Positions 63,849 to 64,000 of a DNA stretch of 64,000 nt are shown here, piece by piece. Every line of letters begins with the position of its first letter. Within the stretch, counting starts at the first letter, position 1. A model generated the notes under the pieces. The model saw nothing but the letters and a program-made list of their open reading frames with translations, made no database searches and was not told the DNA's origin. The DNA is from an uncultured Prevotellaceae bacterium (GTDB lineage: Bacteria; Bacteroidota; Bacteroidia; Bacteroidales; Bacteroidaceae), in contig CAMVDU010000001.1 in the NCBI GenBank assembly GCA_947166345.1, positions 11,260 through 75,259 of the forward strand, in the 5' to 3' direction. A program made the translations under genes and the position numbers.

Positions 63849-64000
63849 ATGGTAAACTACAAAGATTTGGGTCTCGTGAATACCCGCGAGATGTTTAAGA
63901 GAGCAGTAGCCGGTGGCTATGCTATCCCCGCTTTCAACTTCAACACTATGGAGCAGATGCAGGCCATCGTTCAGGCTGCTGTTGAGACAAAGTCGCCTGT
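63849..64000 (+). CDS. fba: Class II fructose-bisphosphate aldolase (3' partial)
   Basis: MVNYKDLGLVNTREMFKRAVAGGYAIPAFNFNTMEQMQAIVQAAVETKSP. Confidence 0.9.
   Translation, partial: MVNYKDLGLVNTREMFKRAVAGGYAIPAFNFNTMEQMQAIVQAAVETKSP

Noticed and set aside
1-64000. tRNA, rRNA, integrase, transposase or prophage genes
   Set aside because: None recognised by eye; tRNAscan or HMM searches would be needed to exclude them formally

Overview
Chromosomal window from a Bacteroidales bacterium, very likely a Prevotella-like anaerobe (TAnnTTTG promoter boxes, YDLQGR-type T9SS C-terminal tails, bS22, etf-acd and lptC-hlyC-ppiD gene orders). It holds housekeeping genes (ribH, xth, ald, etfBA-acd, purN, rng, HU, secA, lnb, lptC, mrp, a cobalamin-completion operon, fba) and scattered CAZymes (GH35, GH2, tandem CE12, GH43-CBM6, GH105, GH27-CBM35, CE1). 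Four things stand out. (1) An AT-rich island (~29.3-37.9 kb) encodes LRR-dockerin, LRR-cohesin-dockerin and cohesin-T9SS-tail proteins plus a small YxxP peptide. This looks like a non-cellulosomal cohesin-dockerin chain in a diderm. It sits behind a ~280 nt highly structured leader and next to a 22-bp periodic palindrome array and a HepT/MNT toxin-antitoxin pair. (2) Period-7/8 micro-repeats and REP-like palindromes occur in-frame in at least eight protein-coding genes, and supply signal-peptide cores and stop codons. (3) A small repeated element duplicates and carries the -7/-33 promoter. (4) cbiA is split. All calls come from reading the sequence and recognising motifs; no database searches were run.
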